From Squalus acanthias (taxonomy: Eukaryota), in the NCBI GenBank assembly GCA_030390025.1, contig CM059431.1, positions 105,836,001 to 105,900,000 of the forward strand: a stretch of DNA of 64,000 bases. Direction: 5' to 3'. Below are positions 25,881 through 38,440 of the stretch, piece by piece (position 1 is the stretch's first letter; each line of letters begins with the position of its first letter). The notes under the pieces are model-generated. The model did not search any database, was not told the origin of the DNA, and saw only the letters and a list, made by a program, of their open reading frames with translations. The translations under genes and the position numbers were made by a program.

Positions 25881-26219
25881 TTGTCAACGGCGCCCCGCTG
25901 GGCTATGATTGCTCACAAGCCAGCCTTCACATGAGTATAGGCAGGCTGCTTGACTCGGTGGGGATCAACAGCCGGGGCAACTCCTCTGCTCACCTAACAG
26001 ATGTCATTGGATAGCGATCAGTCGCAAGAACCCTGGCTGATTCTTCCCTTCACTTGCCCAGGGGTGACCAAGCGAATTGTGGTACCTTAGCCAATATTTG
26101 GATTGAGTCTACCTCTTTCTCGGTCTCTATGGCTCAGTACCACACTGGCTGGTGCATTTATCCACACACAGATATTCATTCCAATGTAAATGAAACATTA
26201 CTTTTAGAAGCTGAGAGAC

Positions 26220-26549
26220 GGATTCCCCTTGCTGGAGAGTCTAGACCCAGGGGTCACAGTCTTAGCATATGAAGTCGGCTATTTAGGACTGAGATGAGCA
26301 GAAATTTCTTCACCCAGAGGTTGGCGAATCTTTGGAAATCTCTACCCCAGAGGGCTGTGGATGCTCAGTCATTGAGTATATTCAAGACTGAGATCGCTAG
26401 ATTCTTGGGCACGGAGCAAATCAAGGGATATGGGGATAGGGCGGGAAAGTGAAGGTGATTTACAAGTTCAGTCATGATCTTATTGAATGGCGGAGCAGGC
26501 TCGAGGGGCTGTAGGGTCTACTCCTGCTCCTATTTCTTACATTCTTATG
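26220..26549 (+). mobile_element. CR1 LINE 3' end
   Basis: NFFTQRLANLWKSLP-type motif and 3' hairpin. Confidence 0.85.
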
Positions 26550-27458
26550 ACACATATATAGAAGCAATGCTGCCAAGTTATAACTGTGGCACAAGCTTGA
26601 GATTCTCCTTGCTGGGTTGGACCGCAGTGAACGAATGGCAGATGCCTAGGAATCAGTTGCAAATGGTGCTGCAGTTGGCATGAAACAGGAGTGTCCAAAT
26701 GAGCCCTGGCAGCTCTTAGTGTCAGCCGTGGCTCAGTTGGTAGCACTCTCGCTACCAGGGGAACTCCCTGTTCTTCTTTGAGTACTGCCACGGGATCTTT
26801 AATGTCCACCTGAGCAGGAATACGGAGTCTCTGTTTAACATCTCATCCAAAGGATTGCACCTCCAACAATCTAATCACTGGCTTTACTTGTGTCAGCTGT
26901 GGCTCAGTGGGTAGCACCCTCACGTCTGAGTCAGAAGGTTGTGGGTTCAAGTCCCACTCCAGGGACTTGAGCACAAAAATCTAGGCTGACACTCCAGTGC
27001 AGTACTGAGGGAGTGATGCACTGTCAGAGGTGCTGTCTTTCGAATGAGATGTTAAACTGAGGCCCTGTCTCTCTCAGGTGGATGTAAAAGATCCCATGGC
27101 ATTATTTCAAAGACGAGCAGGGGAGTTCCCCTGGTAGCGAGAGTGCTACCAACTGAGCCACGGCTGACACTAAGAGCTGCCAGGGCTCATTTGGACACTC
27201 CTGTTTCATGCCAACTGCAGCACCATTTGCAACTGATTCCTAGGCATCTGCCATTCATTCACTGCGGTCCAACCCAGCAAGGAGAATCTCAAGCTTGTGC
27301 CACAGTTATAACTTGGCAGCATTGCTTCTATATATATGACGTAAGAAATAGGAGCAGGAGCAGACCCTGCAGCCCCTTGAGCCTGCTCCGCCATTCAATA
27401 AGATCATGACTGAACTTTGTAAATCACCTTCACTTTCCCGCCCTATCCCCATATCCCT
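26424..27458. repeat. Long inverted repeat (arms 26424-26768 and 27121-27458)
   Basis: Direct reverse-complement match with few substitutions; the ORF track shows mirrored peptides (26474-26683 + vs 27206-27394 -). Confidence 0.95.
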
Positions 27459-29478
27459 GGTGTCCTGGCAAATATACATCCCTCAATCAACATCACTAAA
27501 ACAGAATATAAGAGTAAATTAGCAAGAGACATAAAAACAGATTGTAAATGTTTCTATAGGTATATAAATAGGAAGAGATTAGTGAAAGTAAACGTGGGCC
27601 CATTAAAGGCAGAGACAGGAGAAATTATAACATGCAATAAGGAAATGGTAAAGACATTAAACAAATACTTTGTATCTGTCTTCGCAGTAGAAGACACAAA
27701 AACATTCCGGAAATAATGGGGAACCAAAGGTCTAGAGAGAATGAGGAACTTAAAGAAATCAGTATAAGTAAAGACATAGTACTGGAGAAATTAATGGGAC
27801 TAAGTGGCGACAAATCCCTGGACCTGCATCCTAGGGCTTTAAAAGAGGTAGCTGCAGAGATAATGGATGTACTGGTATTAATCTTCCAGAAATCCCTAGA
27901 TTCTAGAACAGTCTCCAAGGATTGGAAAGTAGCAAACATATCCCCGCTATTTAAGAAAGGAGAAGAGAAAAAAAACGGGGAACTATAGGCCAGTTAGCCT
28001 GGCATCAGTCGTAGGCAAAATGCTAGAATCTATTATTAGGGACGTGGTAACAGGGCACTTAGAAAATCATAATATGATTAGGCAGAGTCAACATGGTTTT
28101 ATGAAAAGGAAATCGTGTTTGACAAATCTGTTAAAGTTTTTTGAAGATGTAACTAATAGGATGGATAAGGGGGAACCAGTGGATGTAGTGTATTTGGATT
28201 TTCAAAAAGCATTCGATAAGGTGCCACACAAGAGGTTATTACACAAAATTAGGACTCATGGGATTGAGGGTAATATATTAGCCTGGATCAAGGATTGGTT
28301 AATGGACAGAAAACAGAGAGTAGGAATAAACGGGATTTTTTCAGGTTGGCAGGCTGTAACTAGCGGGGTACCGCAAGGATCAGTGCTTGGGCCTCAGCTA
28401 TTTATAATCTATATTAATACCTTAGATGAAGGGACTAAGTGTAACGTATCCAAGTTTGCTGATGATACGAAGTTAGGTGGGAAAGTAAGCTGTGAGGTGG
28501 ACACAAAGGGGCTGCAGAGAGATATAGACAGGTTGACTGAGTGGGCAAGAACATGGCAAATGGAATACAATGTGGGAAAGAGTGAAGTTATCCACTTTGG
28601 TAGGAAAAACAAAAATGCAGAATATTTTTTGAATGGTGAGAGACCATTTGCAAGCAATTAGGAAAGCAAATGGTATGTTAACTTTTGTTACACAGGGATT
28701 AGAGTATAAGAGTAAAGAAGTCTTACTACAATTATACAGGGCATTGGTGAGGCCACACCTGGAGTACTGTGTACAGTTCTGGTCTCCTTACCTGAGGAAA
28801 GACATACTTGCCTTAGAAGTTTCACTAGACTGGCTCCTGGGATGAGGGCATTGCTCTATGAGGAGAGATTGAGTAGACTAAGCCTATATTCCCCAGAGTT
28901 TAGAAGAATGAGAGGTGATCTAATTGAAACATATAAAATTCTTAAGGGGCTTGACAGGTTAATGCTGGAAAAATGTTTCCCCTGGCTGGGCAATCTATAA
29001 CCTGAGGTCACAGTCTCAGAATAAGGGGTCGGCCATTTAGGACTGAGATGAGGAGAAATTTCTTCACTCAAAGGGTTGTGAATCTTTGGAATTCTCTACC
29101 CCAGAGAGCTGTGGAGGCTCAGTCGTTAAGTATATTCAAGACAGAGGTCGATAGATTTTTGGGAACAAAGGGAATTAAGGGATATGGGGATAGTGCGGGA
29201 AGGTGGAGTTGAGGTAGAAGATCAGCCATGATCTTATTGAATGGTGGAGCAGGCTCGAAGGGCTGAATGGCCGACTCCTGCTCCTATTTCTTATGTTCTT
29301 ATGTAACAGATTATCTGGTCAATATCACATTGCTGTTTGTGGGAGCTTGCTGTACACAAATTGGCTGCTGCGTTTCCTACATTTCAACAGTGGCTACTCT
29401 TCAGAAAAGTACTTCATTGGATGCAAAGCGCTTTGAGATGTTGTGAAAGGTGCTAGAAAAATGCAAGTCTTTCCTTTT
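26891..29478 (+). mobile_element. DeuSINE split by two nested insertions (inverted duplication and CR1)
   Basis: SINE pieces 26891-27134, 27455-27505 and 29305-29478 are collinear with intact copies. Confidence 0.85.
27506..29304 (+). mobile_element. 5'-truncated CR1 LINE with RT (frameshifted, internal deletion near 28645)
   Basis: QHGFMKRKSCLTNL, VYLDFQKAFDKVPH, GVPQGSVLGP, KFADDTK, RPHLEYCVQFWSP; TSD AACAGA (27500-27505 / 29305-29310). Confidence 0.95.
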
Positions 29479-29874
29479 CTTATATTTCTAACTTTCTGGT
29501 TTATCCTCTTTGAACCTTGTAATCTTCCTGGAAGTTTGCAAAGGGCTGGTTGCTCGCTGGTGTATAGATCCCAAAGTGGAACAGCAAAATCTATTAGTAT
29601 ATGCAAATGAATGGGAACATTATGTGGATGGCCCACAAGGTTCCAAGGAATCCAACAAAGTGTCCCACAAAGACAAGAGGCTTGGGGCATCTCTGCTGTA
29701 AAAAATAAGTCCGTGCTGCCCATGTTCGAAAGAAAGTTCCATTAAAAAGACTTGCCCCAGACTTGCAGACAATGCAAGAAACATCTTTTAAAGATCAGAA
29801 GTAATTCTTTTTAACAAGATATTATGCAAGAAAATAAATCACAGTTTGGGAGCAAATAGGAGGGAAGGAGATCA

Positions 29875-30215
29875 CAGAATCATAGAATGATACAGTGCAG
29901 TAGGAGGCCATTTGGCCCATTGTGTCTGTGCCGGCTCTTTGAAATTACTCCTATTCCCCTGCTCTTTCCCCATAGCCCTGCAAATTTTTCCTTCTCAAGT
30001 ATTAATCTAATTCCCTTTTGAAAGTTACTATTGAATCTGCTTCCACCGCCCTTTCAGGCAGCGCGTTCCAGATCACCACAACTCGCTGCGTAAAATAAGT
30101 TCTCCTCCTCTCCCCCTCTGGTTATTTTGCCAATTATCTTAAATCTGTGTCCTCTGATTACCGACCCTCCTGCCACTGGAAACAGTTTCTTCTTATTTAC
30201 TCTATCAAAGCCCTT
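29875..30215 (-). mobile_element. CR1 LINE 3' fragment
   Basis: (CATAGAAT)n tail; homologous to 31557-31900. Confidence 0.85.
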
Positions 30216-30548
30216 CGAGACGGTTCAATCAAATATAATGCAATTTCAAAAAATCAGCAGAGATGAGGACGATACTGCAAATGATTAAAAAAACAAATTA
30301 ACTTGCAACTGAATGCAATAAAGCCCATTAGAGTCCCAACACCAGTGACTCACTCCAACAAAAGAGCAGGCTGTGCAGCTGCTGCCCCTCAGGTCAAAGT
30401 AGTGCTAGAAGCAAATATCTGGGCCTCAAGCAGCAGTTAGAAGAGAGAGGCAAAATCAACTACCTTTCAATTTGATTAAACGCTCACCTTTCCGATTGGA
30501 GCACAGATTATAAGCTATAGATCTAATCATTTAAAATATGGATGCATA

Positions 30549-30833
30549 GAGTGACACTGCAAGTCCCGGCCAGAACGCTGCTGTAAGTGACTGGTGTTGA
30601 TTTTATGCACATAATTTGTACTATCCTCCACTCACTGCATTTTGCTGGAGAAATAATCCTGCTTTTATCGGGCAACTTTGCGGTAGTTTCGGACATGAGT
30701 TCTGTTTGCTGCAGTTCGTAGAGGCTCTGTTTAATTAGACTCTGTTTGTTGTAAAATAGACTCTGTTTGCCGTGAGCCCTGCCTTAAGTCCCGCCCCGCT
30801 TCCATCTGATTGGCTGACACAGTGGTGCCAATA
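30549..30833. mobile_element. MITE, paralog of 7382-7949 lacking the Penelope insertion
   Basis: Collinear with 7385-7949; right end AGTGGTGCCAATA. Confidence 0.75.
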
Positions 30834-31556
30834 TTCATTCTGATAAATATAACCACTCCTAAAAGCTACACTTGGCTCTAAGACTTGCAATCCTGTTTTA
30901 GCTCTTGGAAGTCAGATGTTTAAAAAAAAAATAGGAAATAGAGTGAAAAGAACGTGTGAATGAAAATGTGAACGAAGGCCCCCCCATTTTTGGCTATATC
31001 TTTCAAATTGGAGTAAGGATGGACTAAAGAAAGAATAATGGGGGAGTTGGGGGTAAATTACAACTGACGCCTGCCCCATATATGCTGGAAAATGGAGCAT
31101 CAAGCAGTTGGATATTGAAAAGAAAAATCTCCCGCTCGTTCGGTGCTCGAGGCCCACCAGACTAGCTTCTTCTAATCTTCCTTCTCCCGTGGCATGATAT
31201 TCAGAAGACGTTAGAACTTGTCTCACAACTTCTCCCTGGTCTCAGGAAACAGCAGAAAAGCAGAAGAGGCAAAGCAGATTCTCTCGGTCACATTAGTGCT
31301 GGGCCTCGGCCTCAATGGGCCTGATGGGGGTGACAATAGTTGTGGCTCAGTCCCAAACATGCATATGCAAATCTACGGGTATCACAGGGTGCACAAGACA
31401 TGCCCATTAAATCAACACAAAAAATACACGGAATAGTCGTAACAGCAGTTTATCTTTAACATACTTTGATTTCTTTCACGAGTGGAGATTTACCACTATT
31501 ATGGTTACACATTCGAATTGGTTGCGCTGCATGTTGAAAATTAACCAACTGATTTG

Positions 31557-32140
31557 ATCATAGAATCAGAGAATGGTTACAGCACAGAAGGAGGCTATTC
31601 GGCCCATCGAGCTCGTGCCGGCTCTCTGTAAGAGCACTTCAGCTAGTCCCACACCCCCGCCCTTTCCTCGTAGCCCTGCAATTTTCTTTCCTTCAGGTAC
31701 TTATCCAACTCCCTTTTGAAAGCCACGATTGAATCTGCCTCCACCACCCTTTCAGGCAGTGCATTCCAGATCCTAACCACTCGTTTTCCCTCATGTCGCC
31801 TTTGGTTCTTCTGCCAGTCACCTTACATCTGTGTCCTCTGGTTCTCGACCCTTCCGCCAATGGGAACAGTTTCTCTCTATCTACTCTGTCTAGACCCCTC
31901 ATGATTTTGAACACCTCAATCAAATCTCCTCTCAACCTTCTCCGCTCTAAGGAGAACAACCCCAGCTTCTCCAGTCTATCCACGTAACTGAAGTCCCTCA
32001 TCCTTGGAATCATTCTTGTTAATCTTTTCTGCACCCTCTCTGAGGCCTTCACATCCTTCCTAAAGTGCGGTGCCCAGAATTGGACACAATACTCCAGTTG
32101 AGGTCGGACCAGTGTTTTGTAAAGGTTCATCATAACTTCC
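31557..32140 (-). mobile_element. CR1 LINE 3' fragment
   Basis: LYKTLVRPQLEYCVQFWAPH...LGLFSLERRRLRGDLIEVFKI. Confidence 0.93.
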
Positions 32141-32639
32141 CTGATGGGCTCAAGCTCTATTTCAAATGCCAGATTTAAATTGTAAATTGTAAATCCTGAA
32201 CTAAAGAAATGAGCATAAATCTTACCGTTCCTTAAGTTAATTAAACTGGATGTTGATTTAAGGTGCCTGGGTGGCACAAGTGATTTGCACACATGGTTTG
32301 CATGCAACCCACGCTGATTCGATGAACATTTCGTCACTCTTACAGTTGTGAGAAACAAATATTGACCTTTCTACGCTGCTAGCTTCGGTGGATTTCCCTG
32401 CTAACGTATCCCAAGTTTATTGACAGTAAGGTTTTCTGCTTCAGTTTCCTTCTTACTCCTAAGTTCCTTATTTTTAATCATGCCTTCTGAAGTTTGAACC
32501 CATCAACATGGGGAACAATTTGCCGAAATCAGTCTCGTCAATCAGCTTCCTTAATCTTAATCAATACTTTAGGTCAGCTCAAGTTACCTTCATGACATAA
32601 TGTACTTTCTGGAGGTAATACCAATTCAGATCCTTTGGG

Positions 32640-32977
32640 GGCGGTCTACCAAACTGTGAGGGAGTCCCAAACTCAGGGCCATAAATACAAGATAGTCACT
32701 AATAAATCCAATAAAGAATTCAGGAGAATCTTCTTTACCCAAAGAATGGTTCAAATGTGGAACTTGCTCCCACATGGAGTATTTGAGGCGAATAGCGCAG
32801 AATCCTTTAAGGGGAAACTCAATAAACACATGCGGGAGAAAGGAATAGAAGGATATGCGGACAGGGTTTAGATGAAGTAGAGTGGGAAGCGGCTCGTGTG
32901 GAGCATAAACACCGGCACAGACCAGTTGGGTCAAATGGCCTGTTTCTGTGCTGTAACTTCTTTGTAATTCTATGTAA
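32640..32977 (+). mobile_element. CR1 LINE 3' end
   Basis: TQGHKYKI...FFTQRMVQMWNLLP. Confidence 0.88.
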
Positions 32978-33671
32978 CTGGTTCCCCAAGTAGAAAATTA
33001 TAGCGAGCATTCTGAAGACACTGTTTTAGTTAACGTTGATTTGACTGTGGCAATCATGGTACAGTGTCTTGGTTGTGGGAGGCAGGATGATACAAGTAGA
33101 AAATGAAGGTGTTTGAAAGATGTAGTAAGTCTTTTCACAGGGTTAATGATGCACTGCTAACCCAGTGGCAAGAAGTTTGGAAGTAGTCTCCTGCGATCCT
33201 GTCTGAGCATGATGAATTAGCCTCAGAGTAGAGGGCATCCCTGGCAGTCCTGGATCAGAAAAAATTGTGACATCCATAATATCACTGCAGTTCACCGCCT
33301 CTGCTGCAAATACACCGCCTAAGATAAACCTCTGATCTAATACCACTGTAGGAATCGGTGAAGAAAATCTACTTGGTTGTTGGACGTGAACCCCATGTCA
33401 TGAACCATGTCAAAGGTGTTCACAAGTGAACTAAATGAGCAGTACCATCCAAAACCATTATCCCGCTGAAGAACGTGAAAAATCTCTTTGAACAGGCAAC
33501 CCATTCACGTATAGTCTTGACAGTATGTGCACTTGTTCAGTGGCAGAATTAATATTGTAGTGTTTTCAGTAATCATGATAGAACAAAAATTGTTTAACAT
33601 CCTGGCATTCCAGATATTTTTTTTCTTAAAACATTTAACGTGTAAATTTTGGCATGGGAGAAGGAAAGCAT

Positions 33672-34126
33672 AACATAAGAACATAAGAAATAGGAGCAGG
33701 AGTCGGCCATTCAGCCCTTCGAGCATACTCTGCCAATCAATAAGTTCATGGCTGATCTTCTACCTCAACTCCACTTTCCCGCACTATCCCCATATCGCTT
33801 GATTCCCTTAACATCCAAAAATCTATCAATCTCTGTCTTGAATATACTCAACGACTGAGCCTCCACAGCCCTCTGGGGTCAAGAATTCCAAAGATTCACC
33901 ACCCTCTGAATGAAGAAATTTCTCCTCATCTCAGTCCTAAATGGCCGACCCCTTATTCTGAGACTGTGACCCCTGGTTCTAGACTCCCCAGCCAGGGGAA
34001 ACATCCTCCCAGCATCTACCCTGTCAAGCCCTGTAAGAATTTTGTACATTTCAATGAGATCACCTCACCTTCTTCTAAACTCTAGCGAATATAGACATAG
34101 TCTACTCAATCTCTCCTCATAGGACA
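33672..34126 (-). mobile_element. CR1 LINE 3' fragment
   Basis: Reverse-complement homolog of 28855-29304. Confidence 0.9.
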
Positions 34127-35740
34127 AAGTTTACTCATTCTTCCGACAGTCTGCTGTGGGTTGAATGACACTACTGCATTATGTAGCCTTGTAAGAATTA
34201 ACAGAATTTGGCTGATAAAATAACTAATTTAATTTCGGAGCCCAAATGCTGTAGAAAGTTAGCGACGTCCTCCTCTGAATACCTGAAGACAATGCGTCAA
34301 TTATAAGCAATGGCATTGAAAGACCACTCTCCATACATGCCAATCTCGGAAAATAACAACTCCCAAAAAGCTGACAAGTCAAGAGCAGCACTCATTACAG
34401 GCCTATTATGTATGAAAACAAATAGTTACGTGGGCTTTGTGCCTTCAGCTGAAAGTATAACCTATATTCCTTCACTTGTATTGGAGGGCGCGAAAAAACA
34501 CAAGTACATGAAACCCTGAAGGGGGAAAACAAAATGTTGAAGATACCAATTTGTTGTTTCATTTCTTCGGGGGGGAGGGGGCATGCTCTCCTGGAAAGGT
34601 TTGAACTTTTACATTAAAGGGCAGTATTTCTACATCCTTGCAAGTTATCTCACCTGATGTGAGCACGGATGGGGATATCTGGAGCAGTGCGCCTACGGTT
34701 CTCCAATCCACACTTGTGGTGCGTGAGGTATCTGGCCAGGAGCAAGGATGTGGTAAATCTACCCTTAAAACTGTTACATTCTGCTTGATGTTAAACTCTT
34801 GGCAATTGATAGGTTATTAATCTAAATCAGGGAACAAACAAAGGCCTGGAAATTGGGTTGCGATTTCGGTGCAGTGCATGTGCCTAATGAGCCCAGTGGC
34901 GGGAACATGGCAAATTGGTCCGTCAACAACAAGAACAGCGCTTTTAACGTAGTAAAATGTACCAAGGCGCTAAACAGGAGTATTATAAGACGGCCTCATT
35001 ACGATAGTATCGGCGAACTGCAGATGGCATTCGCGGCATCAGAAGCAGCTCGCCAGTTGCTGGCGGGGCGGGGGGGGGGGGGGCAGGTTGGGGCAGCAAA
35101 GTCTGCCCCCCCCCACACCCCTTCCCACCTCCTAGCAACTGGACAAAGCTAAAGCGGATGAGCAGGTGCCCGTCTGTGGAAATTCACCCGACTGTGACTT
35201 TTTGCTCCACTTCAAGTGTTATAGCTGCAAGGGCTGATGTCGTAAGGGATGGGGGAGCATGAAAAAGATAGCTGTGACATTCTCAAATGCTCGGATGTTT
35301 AAAGCTCGCCATGAATTCAGTGAGCAACAAATATGAAACATTAATCAATTTAAAGGTTGCAAAGTCTTCTTGAATTTGGCACCTGTGGGGACATGCCACG
35401 TTGATACCAAAAGTGGTGCCTCATTAGCAATGAATGATTTATTAATAATCATCTGCAACGAGGAGCTCCCCAATTAGCTTTTATACAGTTTTCGTGCATT
35501 GAAATGTAACCAGAGGGTTAAGAAACCTGAAGCAGCAATTATGTTTTATTTGCTCCTTTATTGGTGCCTGGGTATTTCTGTGAACAGAATGTGAACATTT
35601 GCCCTCGGATAATAAGTAGGAAGTTTATTGGGAAGTTGGACAGTGTCAGTTGTTGTAAATGTAAGTAGTCATTTAGCCCTTGGGGTAATCTCAGCAATGC
35701 AGCCTCCAACTAAAATCACTACGTTACACATTTCACCCAA

Positions 35741-36005
35741 TGGCCCCGATTTTAACTCCAGGTGGATTCCCCGCTCAGGCTGGAGTTAAAATTACAGTCG
35801 GGTCTTAATGATGTCATCGGGCCGCAACATGCCGATGTAAAGAAGGACCCTGTTGGCTCCGGGCACCTGTCCTTGCTGCCTGCTCAGGAGAGCACGTTAA
35901 AATTGCAGATGTTGCGATCATGGCGGCTTTCGGACAGGTAAGAGCCAGGGCGATTTTAACTGCCCACCCGCCAGGTTTCTGCTGAGCGAGTAGGGTTAAA
36001 ATCGC
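35741..36005. mobile_element. Short Harbinger-like MITE
   Basis: Ends CGATTTTAAC / GTTAAAATCG with internal subterminal inverted repeats. Confidence 0.5.
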
Positions 36006-36413
36006 ATATGTTTTTAGGTCTTCACTACATATTTTTTCAGATGGTAAGTGCAAGACAACAGCAATTAGTAAGCCTCGGCTCCATGAACTGGTCTGCGACT
36101 TTATACTTGGTAACATAACATTACCGAACAGCAACCCTAGTTACTGTAATTAGTTCACTGAATTAACGTCTGCTTTCCTCGTCAAGATAATCATGAGAAG
36201 GAGGAAGTTAAAAGAAATGATTAACACAGTACATTTACACTGTAATGTAATTTAAATGAGTATTGGATATGTATTTGAAAAATATGAATTTAAAAGCGTA
36301 CAGGGAAACAGGTTTACAGCAGATAACTGCAGGTAAGGGCTAGCACGAGCACAAATGCGATGGGCCAGGTGGCCTCCATCGGTCCAGTAATTTCAATGAT
36401 CCTTCGGATTGTA

Positions 36414-36836
36414 AAGAAAGAATTGCATATATATTTTCACGACCTCAGGACATCACTTTACAGCCAATGAAGTACTTCTGAAGTGTAGTCATTGTTGTAA
36501 TGTGGGAAACATGGCAGCCAATTTGCGCACAGCAAGCTCCCACAAACAGCAACGTGATAATGACCAGATTATCTGTTTTAGGTGTTGGTTGAGGGATAAA
36601 TATTGGCCCCAGGACATGGGGGATAACCCCCTTGCTCTTTTTAGAATAGTTCCGTGGGATTTTTTACGTCCATTTGAGAGGGTAGATGGGGCCTCGGTTT
36701 AACGTCTCGTCCAAAAAACGGCACCTCCTACAGTGCAGCACTCCCTCATACTGCATTGGCGTATCAGCCTAAATGGGACTTGAACCCATAACCTTTTAAC
36801 TCACAAGTGAAAGTGCTGCCACTGAGCCACAGCTGG
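36414..36836 (-). mobile_element. DeuSINE (SacSINE1-like)
   Basis: Homologous to the other copies. Confidence 0.82.
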
Positions 36837-37377
36837 TCCTAGTAGAAGAATAGACACTTTATCAGAATTAGACTACAAACTTAGCATCGGGGTTATAAAA
36901 GTAAAAAGTGGATACCAGTGAAAAGTTAATACAGACAAATGAAAACAATAAAATGCACAACACTTCACTAACTCTCTCCGTAATATTAAATCTGGACCCA
37001 TGACCATAACATAAAACTTATGTGTAAGGATTGGATGAGCCACTATGGAGCCTCCAGTCTCTATTGGATGGACTCAGAAGAATCAAAGAGCTGGGAGCAC
37101 ACCACCTGTTATATACCTCTAATACTATTTGAAGTTCAAAATTGGCGACACAGGTAATGGCAAGATAACTTCCGCAGTTATCGAAAATTTATCAAATTGA
37201 TCCTCAACCAGATGCTGGATATGAATTCATTGGCACGTTACCAGCCCCTTTCCCTTGAATTTGATTGAGTTTCTTTTCAGAATAAGTAGATGCTCTGTTG
37301 TGATCTCTGGGTGCTTTGCCATCAAAAGTCTTTCTGCGTATGAATTGTGTGCAGAGGACAGAGCATTAATATTTGTT

Positions 37378-37468
37378 ATAACAACAGAAAATGCTGGAAA
37401 AACTCAGCAGGCCAGGCAGCATCCATGGAGAAAGAAACAGAGTTGACGTTTCAGGTCGAATGCTATCG
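37378..37468 (-). mobile_element. Penelope-like terminal fragment
   Basis: Matches 52755-52825; flanked by a direct repeat ATTAATATTTGTT. Confidence 0.7.
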
Positions 37469-37845
37469 TATTAATATTTGTTCTTGTTTCTCCCGTTGTG
37501 CGTATCTACCATTTTCAGCAAAGTGTGAAGTCTGATCCATCTGTTAAATAACACTAATCAGTTTGAAGTGTTGACAGCAAATACTGATGAACAGGAAATA
37601 AACATATGTTTCTTTCTCCTTCAGAAGAGATACTTTACATAAGAAAGTAATTCTACAGGTGAATAGAATTATTGCCAAGTACTAAGTCACAGATCATATT
37701 TTGTGAGTGCAATTGGAAACAAAATTATTTCAAATAATTGGCATAATGCAGACGAGCAAATATATGTATCGCTTGAAATATTTTTCTCGCTAATTTTCTC
37801 CCATCCCCTCCGCTTTTCTCCAGATACTTGTTGGGATTTTTTTTC

Positions 37846-38340
37846 TAGGAACATAGGAACGGTATCAGGTCATTCAGCCCCTCGAGCCATTCAATTAGAT
37901 CTCGACCAACGTTCCCGGTAAGCTGCGTGGACACGTGGCCGCACGGCGGTCTCGAGGTCCCGCGCAGACCATTCACTGGCTTTTGTAAGGGGGGGGGGCA
38001 AAATGCGCACGCGCGGAAATTTAAATGGGCCGCGCAGCCAGTTAAAGGGCCCGCGGGCCGGAAACAAAAGTTAGAGGGAACATTAATCACGTCTGATCTG
38101 TATCTTAACTCCTTCTACCCGCTTTGGTTCCGCAACACTTAATACCCTTGTCTAACAAAAATCTATCAATCTCAGTTTTGAAATTTTCAACTGACCCTCC
38201 AGCCTCAACAGCTTTTTGGGGGGGAGAGTTCCAGATTCCAGATTTCCACTAGCCTTTGTGTGAAGAAGTGCTTCCTGACATCACCCCTGAATGGCCTGGC
38301 TCTAATCTCAAGGTGATGCCCCCTTTTCTGGATTCCCCTA
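37846..38340 (-). mobile_element. CR1 3' fragment interrupted by a hAT-like MITE
   Basis: CR1 tail collinear with 42917-43220. Confidence 0.85.
37907..38085. mobile_element. hAT-like MITE (~180 bp)
   Basis: Ends CAACGTTCCC / GGGAACATTA; imperfect 8-bp TSD; same family as 42719 and 54122. Confidence 0.7.
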
Positions 38341-38440
38341 GGTGTCCCTTTCATTTTCTGGTATCTTGCCGTGACTCTTGTTAATGAGCATACCACCATA
38401 CAGGTGGTGTAACTTTCCTCAAGCCTCATATGTCTGATCC

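Noticed and set aside
33100..33520. GIRSEVYL..G motif suggesting a DIRS-like RT remnant, or a terminal exon
   Set aside because: Only one short motif; the flanking RT motifs (LPFG, catalytic DD) could not be recovered.
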